In this document: one piece after another, positions 20,101 through 28,944 of the stretch
How positions within the stretch are numbered: the stretch's first letter is position 1
Layout: each line of letters opens with the position of its first letter
The notes under the pieces: model-generated
The model's database searches: none
Told to the model about the DNA's origin: nothing
The model's input: only the letters and a program-made list of their open reading frames with translations
From: an uncultured Microscilla sp.
GTDB taxonomy: Bacteria; Bacteroidota; Bacteroidia; Cytophagales; Microscillaceae
DNA length: 60,502 nucleotides
Assembly: GCF_947493425.1 (NCBI RefSeq)
Contig: NZ_CANLRP010000034.1
Span: 1 to 60,502 of the forward strand
Direction: 5' to 3'
Made by a program: the position numbers and the translations under genes

Positions 20101-21184
20101 CATAATTACGCCAGGTTTTAAAAAAAACTCCTTGTGAAGTGCCTGTCAATAGCTTATTTTGATGTACATGGGTGTAATAAGTAGAGCCTTCCAATCCTGA
20201 TGATGCATTTAATACACTAAATGGTGAGTTGAGCTCGATAAAAGCAATTCCTTTAGCAAGCCCCGCCCACAAATTACGGTGATGATCTATATATAAATTA
20301 TACACTGAGTTGCTTTGTAAACCATTGCCTTTGTGTAGGTGTTGTATTACTTGCCCAGCCTTGTTTACAATCACAATGCCTGCACTTGAAGTGCCAAAGG
20401 CATAATGGTTACTATCTATTTGAGTAGAGCAGTACAGTTCTTTGTCCAATAAAAACTGTTTGATATGAGGAGCAAAAGGTTTAAGCGTGTCTTCGTTGTA
20501 AATATATAAGCGGCTAAATATATTGAGCAAGTTTTTGCCTTTACCAAACGGAAATCCGTCCCTTGGTATTTTTTTGTTAAACTGAGGTACCTTCACTAGC
20601 TTACCTTGTACTAGTTTGAATGTACCCACTTTAAAATCTCTAAAATGTGCTTGGTTATTAATTAGGCAAAGTGTGGAGAACCTATTTTTAGGGCGAATCG
20701 TGGTTAATTTTTTATTATTTAAAACAAACATTGCTGCGTGACTACGGCATATCACCCCTTCGTTAGTTACTACCATATCCCAAATGTCTTTAAATCCGGC
20801 AACGTCTTTGGGGACTTGGTTCATGAGTGAAGCTACATAGGTTTTACCAGTAGAGTCAGTGCCTACATAACCAATAAAATTTTGTGCGCCCACATACATG
20901 ATTCCATCATTGCCCATTCTAACATTTCTTGCTGTAGATTTATTAGGTATCTCCATCAAGCGCCACTTTACTCCATCAAACTCTAGCAAACCCGAAGAGT
21001 TTCCTACATAAATAACCCCTCGTTTATCTTGGCTGATACACCAATTTTGGTCGTGAGCGTGGTAATCATCTGTGGTATAATTTTTAATAAAAGGTATTCC
21101 TTTGTTTTTGATCTGTGCCCAACAATAAGAAGGTTGGATGGTTGATAGTAAACAAGTAAATAAAAAAAGGTAGCGTGTAATCAT
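17165..21184 (-). CDS. Paralogous sensor Ser/Thr phosphatase. It has periplasmic Reg_prop/Y_Y_Y propellers, a TM helix, a coiled coil with an internal tandem repeat, a GAF domain, and a PP2C/SpoIIE phosphatase domain.
   Basis: 1339 aa. Its N-terminal region is paralogous to the 13743..17048 product. The TM helix is IWAYTGYTFMSIILIGVTI. A GAF-like block lies around LSLSQIVETV...VIGLVSVQS. The C-terminal PPM motifs are GDFYW, DCTGHGVPGAFMSM and SSDGFVD. Confidence 0.85.
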   Translation of the reverse strand: MITRYLFLFTCLLSTIQPSYCWAQIKNKGIPFIKNYTTDDYHAHDQNWCISQDKRGVIYVGNSSGLLEFDGVKWRLMEIPNKSTARNVRMGNDGIMYVGAQNFIGYVGTDSTGKTYVASLMNQVPKDVAGFKDIWDMVVTNEGVICRSHAAMFVLNNKKLTTIRPKNRFSTLCLINNQAHFRDFKVGTFKLVQGKLVKVPQFNKKIPRDGFPFGKGKNLLNIFSRLYIYNEDTLKPFAPHIKQFLLDKELYCSTQIDSNHYAFGTSSAGIVIVNKAGQVIQHLHKGNGLQSNSVYNLYIDHHRNLWAGLAKGIAFIELNSPFSVLNASSGLEGSTYYTHVHQNKLLTGTSQGVFFKTWRNYENPLQDSIWFKTIPNLVNQTWQFKTFKNQLLAAFNPGILKFATSRKSFKAQSLQKTNGNIWTIISLKNHPNLLMAGGKRGLLLLEWKNKQWRVKNVVKGFSKNSRYIQESKKGIIWMSSDQHGAYKLTLNTQLDSVVNIKFYDKTKGFPSNTFNRLFKVNGQNMFATENGVYLHDETQDKMVRETRLNKLIGDHKMLIYLRSDAQQGIWYVAQKVHNEVKDKYLEVGLLQKQVNGNYKKINAPFRKLRGSFIEKLAPHLNPLDDKNILFATKEGVIHYAPQQPRIKQPFKVLLREIALTGAKDSIIFGGTFANAQGQMISLPKQGYQYPVFEYTYNSFRFNVSSTFYADNHKNEFRYRLAGLDKEWSPWTKESYKEYTNLREGNYTLHIQTRNLYQEKSPALTYMFQIHPPWHRTIWAYTGYTFMSIILIGVTIKLYTRRLEQQKDKLEKTVEARTTEIRHKNDEILLKNSELEQQKEEIQIQAENLKEANTAIEHKNSALEQQKEEIQIQAENLKTVNNELVNKSDEIEQAYQNVKLLSEIGQEITSKLSLSQIVETVYNNVNNLMDVAEFGIGLYDPKAHTITFNDYIHLGEKMPQLTVPATDENRFGVLCVLRQKEIIVNDVYKEYHNFVESLDSYQEDELLNAFICIPLIVEQEVIGLVSVQSLQTNVYTNYHLNLLRNLAVYITIALQNTDSYTKIELQKFKIETQNQEITASIRYAQKIQAAILPSSKSFEKIFNDHFIIYEPKDIVSGDFYWMSHVKKRVIIDSVPSFEVYSFVAAVDCTGHGVPGAFMSMIGSRLLSEIVNEKKIFDPKKIISKIQEGIRKGLHQKESDNNDGMDICLCRVQYIDDSDKVELTYSNAKRPLYYTHQKKLHQIQRNRFFIGGWMPKQVTQELENHVVQLKRNDILYLSSDGFVDIPNNKRKSFGTKQFITLLKEIMHEPLNVQRARLLKAKTEHQEEADQRDDIVILGIQL
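18559..18726. repeat. Intragenic 84-nt tandem duplication of two copies with a 37-nt perfectly identical core. It encodes a duplicated 28-aa coiled-coil segment (N S x LEQQKEEIQIQAENLK).
   Basis: ggttttcagcttgtatctgtatttcttctttttgttg occurs at 18559-18595 and again at 18643-18679. It is in frame within the 17165..21184 CDS. Confidence 0.8.
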
Positions 21185-21807
21185 AATCGAGTAAATGTAC
21201 TTGTTGTTTTTGGGCTATAATTTATCAATTGACTGGATGAGCAGATGCTTTGTATAATAAATGGCTTATGTGTCTGGCGAATAGAATATGCCCAAATAAT
21301 TCCCTGAATGCTGGCAGTTTTAAAGTAACATACAACTTGGATTAGCAAACTTTTTTACACAAAAAACAAGCTAAAAAAAGTCATACTTTGATAAAAAATG
21401 TAAAGTACTTGTTAGTTCTACATTGAAAAATACAAGATATAATACAGGTACCCAAAAAAACATAAATAAGTTGTGTCAAATGTTATAGCAAATAACTAAG
21501 GTAAAGTTCCAAAAAGAAATAAGATATACTACTTTTGTGGGCAAACCAGCCACTCAAAAACACAGATATTTGGTAGTTGTGGAATAACCAAAAAAAATGT
21601 TTAAATTAGCCAACATAATATAGATATTTGGAACATTGACAACACCAAATCTTTATTCTTTTACTACTTATGAAATGTGCTAAAATAAAGTCATCAGGTT
21701 TAGTTATATCATTATAATTAAAATGTAGAAATTATGATGGCAACATTATTTACTCAAAATACAGAATCGATCCTATAATTTAAAAATAAATTGAAAGGAA
21801 AAATATT

Positions 21808-23364
21808 ATGGCCGTAGAAATGAAAATTCCTGATTTGGCGGAATCTATCACAGAAGTTGTTATTTCGCAATGGTTGAAACAGGATGGAGACTACGTAGAA
21901 CTTGATGAAATGATTTGTGAGGTAGAGACTGACAAAGCTGCTCAGGAACTTGCCGCCGAATCAGCAGGAATTCTTCGTATTGTGGTTCCTGAAGGCGAAA
22001 CAGTGAATGTGGGTGATGTTATATGTCGTATCGAAGCAAGCGAAAATGGTTCTTCGGCTGGTTCTTCAAAAACTGCGGCTAATGCGTCTGACAATACTGC
22101 TACTAAAATTGCTACTACTACTGATGCACCCACTACCACTGGCAAAGAGGTAGAAATGCGTGTACCTGAACTTGCAGAGTCTATTACTGAGGTAATGATT
22201 GGGGCTTGGTTGAAAGAAGATGGTGATTTTGTTACCTTGGATGAGCCTATATGTGAGGTAGAAACCGACAAAGCTGCTCAGGAGTTGCCTGCCGAAGCTA
22301 CTGGTATTTTGCAGATGGTGGCAAAAGAAGGCGAAACCTTGAATGTAGGAGATTTGATTTGTACTATCAAGGAAACTGATGCTTCTGCCGAAAACGGAGT
22401 GGCTACTCAACCTTCTAATGGTGCAGCATCAAACAACAGCGAAACTTCGTCAGCGGCAGGACATCCATCACCTGCAGCAAGCAAAATACTGGCTGAAAAA
22501 GGCATTGATCCTGCAGATGTAAAAGGTACTGGCGTAGGAGGACGCATCACGAAAGAAGATGCCATGAACGCTCAAAAGAAGGTGCCTAAAGCTGAGGCTC
22601 CTGCCCAAAACAAAAAAGAAACGCCTGCACCCAAAGCTACCGCGCCTACACCTGTACCAGGTAGCCGCAACCAAAACCGTAAGCGTATGTCTCCGCTTCG
22701 TAAAACAGTTGCTCGCCGTTTGGTGTCTGTAAAAAACGAAACAGCCATGCTTACTACCTTCAATGAGGTAAATATGCAGCCTATCAAAGACTTACGAGCC
22801 AAATACAAAGAGCAGTTCAAAGAAAAGTACGGGGTAGGTTTAGGGTTTATGGGCTTCTTTGTAAAGGCTTGTTGTACTGCATTGACAGAGATTCCAGGAG
22901 TAAACGCTATGATAGATGGCAACGAAATCGTTTATAACGAGTTTTGTGATATTTCGGTGGCTGTATCAGCACCCAAAGGACTGGTAGTACCTGTGTTACG
23001 CAACGCTGAGAGCTTGAGTTTTCAGGGTATAGAGCAAGGCATTAAAGACTTGGCGCTTAAGGCACGCGACAATAAGCTGTCTATCGAAGAGATGCAAGGT
23101 GGTACATTTACTATTACCAATGGAGGAGTATTTGGTTCTATGTTGTCTACACCTATTATCAACGCACCTCAATCGGCAATCTTAGGAATGCACAATATTG
23201 TAGACCGACCAATGGCTGTAAATGGTGAAGTGAAAATATTACCAATTATGTACCTTGCCTTGTCTTATGACCACCGAATTATAGACGGACGTGAGGCAGT
23301 CACCTTTTTGGTAAGATTAAAGCAATTGCTTGAAGAGCCCGAAAGATTAATGTTTGGCGTGTAA
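21808..23364 (+). CDS. sucB: Dihydrolipoyllysine-residue succinyltransferase (E2 of 2-oxoglutarate dehydrogenase) with two N-terminal lipoyl domains.
   Basis: It has two lipoyl-lysine motifs ([15 protein letters not shown] and [15 protein letters not shown]), Ala/Pro/Thr-rich linkers, and the catalytic C-terminal motif DHRIIDG. Confidence 0.95.
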   Translation: MAVEMKIPDLAESITEVVISQWLKQDGDYVELDEMICEVETDKAAQELAAESAGILRIVVPEGETVNVGDVICRIEASENGSSAGSSKTAANASDNTATKIATTTDAPTTTGKEVEMRVPELAESITEVMIGAWLKEDGDFVTLDEPICEVETDKAAQELPAEATGILQMVAKEGETLNVGDLICTIKETDASAENGVATQPSNGAASNNSETSSAAGHPSPAASKILAEKGIDPADVKGTGVGGRITKEDAMNAQKKVPKAEAPAQNKKETPAPKATAPTPVPGSRNQNRKRMSPLRKTVARRLVSVKNETAMLTTFNEVNMQPIKDLRAKYKEQFKEKYGVGLGFMGFFVKACCTALTEIPGVNAMIDGNEIVYNEFCDISVAVSAPKGLVVPVLRNAESLSFQGIEQGIKDLALKARDNKLSIEEMQGGTFTITNGGVFGSMLSTPIINAPQSAILGMHNIVDRPMAVNGEVKILPIMYLALSYDHRIIDGREAVTFLVRLKQLLEEPERLMFGV

Positions 23365-23386
23365 AGCACGTTTTTTTAAGATATAC

Positions 23387-23428
23387 AAAAGCCTGTTCAA
23401 CATTTGCTGAGCAGGCTTTTGTTTTTTC
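23387..23428 (+). terminator. Rho-independent terminator after sucB.
   Basis: aaaagcctg...caggctttt forms a hairpin, followed by gtttttt. It lies ~25 nt after the sucB stop. Confidence 0.7.
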
Positions 23429-23531
23429 ACAACAAGAAGCTGTTTATGAACGATTTTTTTGCAAAATGTAACCTTTTTGACTCTAAAAATCGTTATATTT
23501 ATCAAACATTATAAACTAAAAACCTAATATT

Positions 23532-23846
23532 ATGAGTAGCGAATCGCATAAGAATGCCCGCAAAATGATGAGTTTCAACACATTGGCATTCATTGTTTCA
23601 TCTGTTTTCTTTGTGTACTTTGTAGGTATGTTATTTTATAGCTTACTTACTGCAGGTACCATTCTAACAGGTCCAGGTATTTTTAGTAGTGTGGCTCTTG
23701 TTGGATATGTACTTATTAGCTTGCGTCATGTACGACGTTCGTGGAAAGCTTTCAGTGATCTAAACTACAAAACATCGGTAACCAGTGGTGTTATTGCCTG
23801 GATTTACCCGTTAGGAATGATTTTGTTAGCCTGGTTGCTTAGATAA
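23532..23846 (+). CDS. Small hypothetical membrane protein with 3 predicted TM helices.
   Basis: 104 aa with three hydrophobic stretches. No known motif. Confidence 0.4.
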   Translation: MSSESHKNARKMMSFNTLAFIVSSVFFVYFVGMLFYSLLTAGTILTGPGIFSSVALVGYVLISLRHVRRSWKAFSDLNYKTSVTSGVIAWIYPLGMILLAWLLR

Positions 23847-23924
23847 GCCTCCGGTACTCCAAATATAAATAAAGAGTTTAATGAGCCTGTAAGAACCTTT
23901 CTTACAGGCTTTTTTATGTCAAGG

Positions 23925-24473
23925 CTAAGACCGGGTGAATTGAGTAATTACTTGTGTGTGTTGTGGGTATAGTTTGATGAGTTCCTCCCTTTTGGCAAGT
24001 TCAAAGTCTTCGAATTCAAATCCTGGGGCTACTGTACAGCCTATCAAGGCAAAGCTATCAGGCGCAATCACTCTAATGGCAAACCACGATCCAGCAGGAA
24101 TTACTGTTTGTAGCAACTCGCCATTGGCTATATCACTACCAATGTGTTGGGTAGTCAAGTTGCCCTCAGTATCTATCATGTGTAGCTCTAAGGTGGTGCC
24201 CGTATGAAAATGCCATAGCTCGGTGGTGCGTAAACGGTGAAATGTTGAAAACTCTTTAGTTTCTAACAAAAAATAAATGCTGGTAACATGACAGCGTTTG
24301 CTTGGGTACCTTTCAGGAAGCTCTTCTTGTGAAAAAAACTCTTCAGAACGATAAGTTTCTTTGTAATAACCTCCTTCTGGGTGAGGAGTCATACCTAGTT
24401 GGTCGATAAAGTATTGTGCGTTATGAGGCATTGCTAATAGGTTTAAGTCTATAAATACCCCAAAGTTGCTCAT
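23925..24473 (-). CDS. Cupin-fold protein of the DUF985 family.
   Basis: It has the HPEGGYYKETYRS motif typical of DUF985 cupins and is 182 aa. Confidence 0.7.
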   Translation of the reverse strand: MSNFGVFIDLNLLAMPHNAQYFIDQLGMTPHPEGGYYKETYRSEEFFSQEELPERYPSKRCHVTSIYFLLETKEFSTFHRLRTTELWHFHTGTTLELHMIDTEGNLTTQHIGSDIANGELLQTVIPAGSWFAIRVIAPDSFALIGCTVAPGFEFEDFELAKREELIKLYPQHTQVITQFTRS

Positions 24474-24698
24474 CTTATGTTTGCTTTCCCAAATTTTCTG
24501 TTATAAAATTAAGCATTGCTTCAAGGGATTGTCTTTAGAATTAAAAATGATCATTGTTTTGCTTGACGAAGTCAACCAGGCACTGCTTTATCCTTAAAAA
24601 TATAAGTATTAAGCCCTCCACCTTTTCAGTATACAAGCGTCAAAACCGTTTGCAACTCCTTCAATAAAAAGTGGTCTTTTTCTAAAAAAACACATGCT

Positions 24699-25412
24699 AT
24701 GAAAAGGATCATTCTTTACTTGACTGTTTTATCATTGTTGGTCGTTGGAAGTTGGTTAACATATAAAAGTTATATTTTAACTACCTCACTTGTCATCCCT
24801 AAGGTAGCTATTCAACCGTTTTTAGGCATGGATGATGCTTCAGTTAAAGAAGCAAAAAAAGGCATAGAACGTTACTATGGTATTCAAGTAACTGTATTGC
24901 CTTTGATAATATTACCACCACAGGCCAAAAACACCCATATTCTGAAAAAACACCACTTAAGGCTTCCTGTTCGCTATCGAGCCGATAGCCTGATTGCCTA
25001 CTTGAGGCGCACCAAATCCAATGATTTTGATTATATCATAGGGCTTACCAATCAAGATATTTCAGTTACTAAAGACAAAAAGCCTAAGTGGTTGTATACC
25101 GATTGGGGGATTTTTGGATTGGGCTATCGCCCTGGACCTAGCTGTATTGTATCCACTTTTCGTTTATATCGTTATGCTACCCTTGAGCTTATGCATACAC
25201 GTTTGCGAAAAATTGCCATTCACGAGTTAGGGCATAACTTTGGTCTTGCTCATTGCCCCAGCCGTCAGTGTGTCATGCAAAGTGCTCGTGAAACAATGGT
25301 GACTATAGATACCGAACCCGAAAACCTTTGCCATAATTGTGAAAATGCAATAAAAGCTAAGTTTAGAGTGTGTTTTCCAGAGGAACAATTGGCAGGTAAA
25401 ATAAAGAAGTAG
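24699..25412 (+). CDS. amzA: Archaemetzincin-family zinc metallopeptidase.
   Basis: It carries the exact archaemetzincin signature HEXXHXXGX3CX4CXM-X17-CXXC, as HELGHNFGLAHCPSRQCVMQ...(17 aa)...CHNC. Confidence 0.85.
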   Translation: MKRIILYLTVLSLLVVGSWLTYKSYILTTSLVIPKVAIQPFLGMDDASVKEAKKGIERYYGIQVTVLPLIILPPQAKNTHILKKHHLRLPVRYRADSLIAYLRRTKSNDFDYIIGLTNQDISVTKDKKPKWLYTDWGIFGLGYRPGPSCIVSTFRLYRYATLELMHTRLRKIAIHELGHNFGLAHCPSRQCVMQSARETMVTIDTEPENLCHNCENAIKAKFRVCFPEEQLAGKIKK

Positions 25413-25492
25413 CAGATTTATAGGCTCATATTTTTGAAAGCATCCAACGAAAAGGTATTTTTAGTAACTGTTTTTCATCCAACCTTTTTTTT

Positions 25493-26473
25493 ATGATAGT
25501 AAAACGTGTAGCATTACTCACTTTGGTATATCTATGTACCACATTGGTTTATGCGTATGCCCAACTTGTTCGGGAAGATATCTTGTATATCAAACCCAAT
25601 GCGCAAGATTATCTGTTGTATACTACTACCCGCTCTAATTTTGGTACATTTTCTAAAATATTACCTAAGTCTACCAACATTACAAAAAAATACCTTTACA
25701 TCAACCCTGAAAAATATACTGTAGGCGAAAACTCTCGTTACAAGAGAATTGTGTTTCCTACCGGAAATTTTGCCTTAATAAGCGAAGAACGTTTTACTGA
25801 TAAAGAGTTGAAGGTAAACAAAGAAGGTATTTTTACCTTTAGGTTTGATTCCATACCAAGGTTAGGAGGGAGACACTATGGTCTATCTACTACTGTTAGA
25901 TATTACAAACAGCTTACTTATGTGTGGGTGCTACCCGAAGATTATGAGTTTGTCGATTATAGCTGCAACAAACCAGGGCAATGGGTAAAAAAGGGAAATA
26001 CATTGGCTTATTTTGGTTATAAAGTAAATGATGTATTGCCCAAAATCAGGTTTCGCCCTGTGTTACAAGTTACCCTCGGAAACGTGAAATCACTCCTTTA
26101 TGAAGTCAACTCTAAAGGAATGGCAGTAACCAGCAACAGCAAGGGTGTACAAATTAATTTTCGTAGGGGGGTATTATTTACCAAGGGTACAACTGCGATT
26201 TCATCGCTAGGGCAAAATATTTTGGTAAGGTTAGCAAAAACCCTCAAAAGCTCTGTCAAAGTTCGCCTGGCAATTGCTGTTCCTGTTAGAAACGGAATAG
26301 ATGCAGGTCGTTGGATGTTGGCAGCGGCAAGGGGGCGCACTATGGTAGAACAACTCATCAATCGAGGCATTGATCCGGCACGCATTGAGGTAAATACATT
26401 TGGTGTAAAAACTAGTCAGTCAAAAAAAGGCATTGAGATTCAACTAATTAATGCCCCCAAACGCAAGCAGTAA
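25493..26473 (+). CDS. Hypothetical secreted protein whose C-terminal region is weakly OmpA/MotB-like.
   Basis: It has an N-terminal signal-like hydrophobic segment. The C-terminus (LAIAVPVRNGIDAGRWMLAAARGRTMVEQLINRGIDPARIEV) resembles the OmpA C-terminal N..LS..RA..V...L...GI...RI pattern but lacks the canonical residues. Confidence 0.45.
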   Translation: MIVKRVALLTLVYLCTTLVYAYAQLVREDILYIKPNAQDYLLYTTTRSNFGTFSKILPKSTNITKKYLYINPEKYTVGENSRYKRIVFPTGNFALISEERFTDKELKVNKEGIFTFRFDSIPRLGGRHYGLSTTVRYYKQLTYVWVLPEDYEFVDYSCNKPGQWVKKGNTLAYFGYKVNDVLPKIRFRPVLQVTLGNVKSLLYEVNSKGMAVTSNSKGVQINFRRGVLFTKGTTAISSLGQNILVRLAKTLKSSVKVRLAIAVPVRNGIDAGRWMLAAARGRTMVEQLINRGIDPARIEVNTFGVKTSQSKKGIEIQLINAPKRKQ

Positions 26474-26500
26474 TACAGTTTGACTGTCTAAAGCAGCTGT

Positions 26501-26986
26501 TTAGTGTTTTACTTTTTTTACCTCGAGTTTATCAGGGCATTGTGCCAACAGTTGGGTTTGGGTAAGCCGCAGTGCTGGATGCACCAGCAAAGGAGCTATT
26601 TCTACCAAAGGTGTTAAAGTAAACCTGCGTAGGGCAATTTGGCTATGTGGTACATTCAAATCCTCGCTCTCTAGCATCATTTGACCATAGTATAAAATAT
26701 CAATATCAATTAGTCGTTCACCCCATTTCCTGTATTTTTGCCGCCCCATGGCTACTTCTATGCTTTGGGTTACCCTCAGCAACTCCCTTACTTCTAGAGA
26801 AGTATCGATTACTAATACTTGATTATAAAACACGGGTTGATCTGGTATGCCCCAAGGCATTGTTTCATAAATAGCAGAGTGCTTTTGTACCACGCCTGCT
26901 TGACTTGCCAGCATTTGTGTGGCTGTGTACAGGTTTTGGGTTTTGTCTCCCAGATTGGTCCCCAGCAATAAATAAGTAATAGACAT
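26501..26986 (-). CDS. folK: 2-amino-4-hydroxy-6-hydroxymethyldihydropteridine pyrophosphokinase (HPPK).
   Basis: 161 aa with LGTNLGD...YETMPWG...LIDIDILYY motifs. Confidence 0.9.
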   Translation of the reverse strand: MSITYLLLGTNLGDKTQNLYTATQMLASQAGVVQKHSAIYETMPWGIPDQPVFYNQVLVIDTSLEVRELLRVTQSIEVAMGRQKYRKWGERLIDIDILYYGQMMLESEDLNVPHSQIALRRFTLTPLVEIAPLLVHPALRLTQTQLLAQCPDKLEVKKVKH

Positions 26987-27068
26987 AAAATAATTAATTG
27001 TAATTTATTGGGCAAAGTTAACATTGCTGTTGCTATCTTAAATTAACTCTGTTTGTTTTTTTCTATTT

Positions 27069-28880
27069 TTGTTTGCAATCATTGATAGTCATCCAAATTT
27101 AAATATTATGATTCGTAGATTTTTAGGTAATGTCTTAGCTACATTCATTGGCATTAGTTTGTTTACCGGGCTGGTCATTTTTTTCATATTTACCCTTGTA
27201 AGTAGTAGCAGTACTGTCACCGTTGACCAAAAGAGTGTATTGTTGCTTAAGTTAAATAGTAATATTACCGAACTAGACATAAATAACCCTGTACCTAACC
27301 TTAACAATCCTTTGAATCCGGTGGTTGATGGCACAGGTTTGATGGGAATTTTGCACAACATAGAAAAAGCTAAAAATGACCCTAACATTGCTGGCATAGT
27401 GTTGCACTTGCAAAGCATAGGGGCTGGTTTTGCCTCATTGAAAGAGTTAAGAGAGGCTTTGAATGACTTTAGGCAGAGTAAAAAATTTGTTTGGGCTTAT
27501 GGCGAATACCTCAGTGAAGGGGCTTACTACCTGGCTTCTGTTGCCAGTAAAATTTACCTGAATCCCACAGGATCGCTTGAGTTCAATGGATTGAGCGCGC
27601 AACGTACATTTTACAAAGGAGCTTTTGATAAATTAGACATAAAACCAGAGATTTTCAGGGTAGGTACTTATAAAAGTGCTGTAGAGCCCTATATGACTGA
27701 CAAAATGAGTGAGGCAAGCCGAAGACAAACTCAGTCTTACCTCAATAGTATCTATGATTTATACCTAAAGGATATCGCGGCTTCCCGTAAAGTCTCTCTT
27801 GCTCAGCTTACTCAAGCATCAGACAGTGGCTTGGTACAAAGTCCAGCAGATGCACTTAAGTATCAATTGATTACAAAAATAGGTTACTACGACGAATTAG
27901 AGGCAGAAATAAAAAAACGACTTGATTTGAAAGAAAATCAAAAAATAAAATGGGTAAGATTGGGCAAATACCGTGAAGTAGAAACCGAATGGGAAAAACA
28001 ACAAAAAAAGTCTAACCACCGAATTGCAGTCATTGTTGCCGATGGAGAGATTCGTTCAGGAAATGGAGGCGATGGTGTGGTAGGAGCTACCAAAATAGTA
28101 AAAGCTTTGCGTAGGGCACGAAAAAGCAAAAGTGTAAAAGCCATTGTTTTGAGAGTAAACTCACCTGGTGGTAGTGCCTTGGCTTCTGATATAATGTGGC
28201 GTGAAATTCATCTTACCCGAAAGGTAAAGCCTGTAATTGCTTCTATGTCTGATGTAGCAGCTTCGGGAGGGTATTATATAGCCATGGCGTGCGATACTAT
28301 AGTGGCTCAGCCTAATACAATTACGGGGTCTATTGGCATTTTTAGTATTTATTTTAATCTTGCAGCGTTTCAGAAAAATAAGTTAGGCATTACCAATGAT
28401 TATGTAAATACTGGCAAGTTTTCGGCTTTGGGCGACCCTTCTTACCCATTTACTGAAGCAGACCGCCAGATTTTGCAGCGTAGCGTAGAAAGAGGTTATG
28501 AATCTTTTACTTCTAAGGCTGCCAAAGACCGTGGTATGTCATTAGCCGAGCTCAAAAGTGTTGCTTCAGGCAGGGTATGGGCAGGCAACGAAGCCAAACA
28601 AAATGGTTTAGTAGATGTTTTGGGTAGTTTTAACGATGCGTTGGCAATTGCAGCAAAAAAAGCAAAACTCAACAGAAAAGACTATAGGTTATGGTTTTTG
28701 CCTGTAGAAAAGCCTCTTATAGATAAAATTAAGGATAATTTGGGAGTGTCTGTAAAAGCCCGGCAACGAATGTTAAAACAAGAGTTGGGAGAATTATACC
28801 CTTACCTTGAAATACTCAAAAAAATTAAAGAAACTCCACAAGTTCAGGCACGTTTGCCTTATGATATTGTGATAAAATAA
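27069..28880 (+). CDS. sppA: Signal peptide peptidase SppA, 67K type, with two ClpP/crotonase-fold halves.
   Basis: 603 aa. It has an N-terminal TM helix, then duplicated S49 peptidase domains with GEYLSEGAYYLAS and ASMSDVAASGGYYIAMACD. An alternative start at Met 27108 is possible. Confidence 0.9.
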   Translation: MFAIIDSHPNLNIMIRRFLGNVLATFIGISLFTGLVIFFIFTLVSSSSTVTVDQKSVLLLKLNSNITELDINNPVPNLNNPLNPVVDGTGLMGILHNIEKAKNDPNIAGIVLHLQSIGAGFASLKELREALNDFRQSKKFVWAYGEYLSEGAYYLASVASKIYLNPTGSLEFNGLSAQRTFYKGAFDKLDIKPEIFRVGTYKSAVEPYMTDKMSEASRRQTQSYLNSIYDLYLKDIAASRKVSLAQLTQASDSGLVQSPADALKYQLITKIGYYDELEAEIKKRLDLKENQKIKWVRLGKYREVETEWEKQQKKSNHRIAVIVADGEIRSGNGGDGVVGATKIVKALRRARKSKSVKAIVLRVNSPGGSALASDIMWREIHLTRKVKPVIASMSDVAASGGYYIAMACDTIVAQPNTITGSIGIFSIYFNLAAFQKNKLGITNDYVNTGKFSALGDPSYPFTEADRQILQRSVERGYESFTSKAAKDRGMSLAELKSVASGRVWAGNEAKQNGLVDVLGSFNDALAIAAKKAKLNRKDYRLWFLPVEKPLIDKIKDNLGVSVKARQRMLKQELGELYPYLEILKKIKETPQVQARLPYDIVIK

Positions 28881-28944
28881 ATGAGGTGGAGCAACAAGTT
28901 ATCATTATTTTTACTTTTAGCTTGTTGCTCACTACTTATTACCT

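Noticed and set aside
21185-21807. 620-bp AT-rich intergenic region considered as an alternative oriC.
   Set aside because: It has no DnaA-box consensus 9-mers, only a degenerate tgtggaataa. It is more simply the divergent promoter region for sucB and the sensor phosphatase.
28889-28930. 10-bp inverted repeat (gagcaacaag…cttgttgctc) between the convergent sppA and GWxTD genes, considered as a terminator.
   Set aside because: The loop is 22 nt and neither strand has a following U-run. At best it is a weak or non-canonical terminator, so I did not call it.
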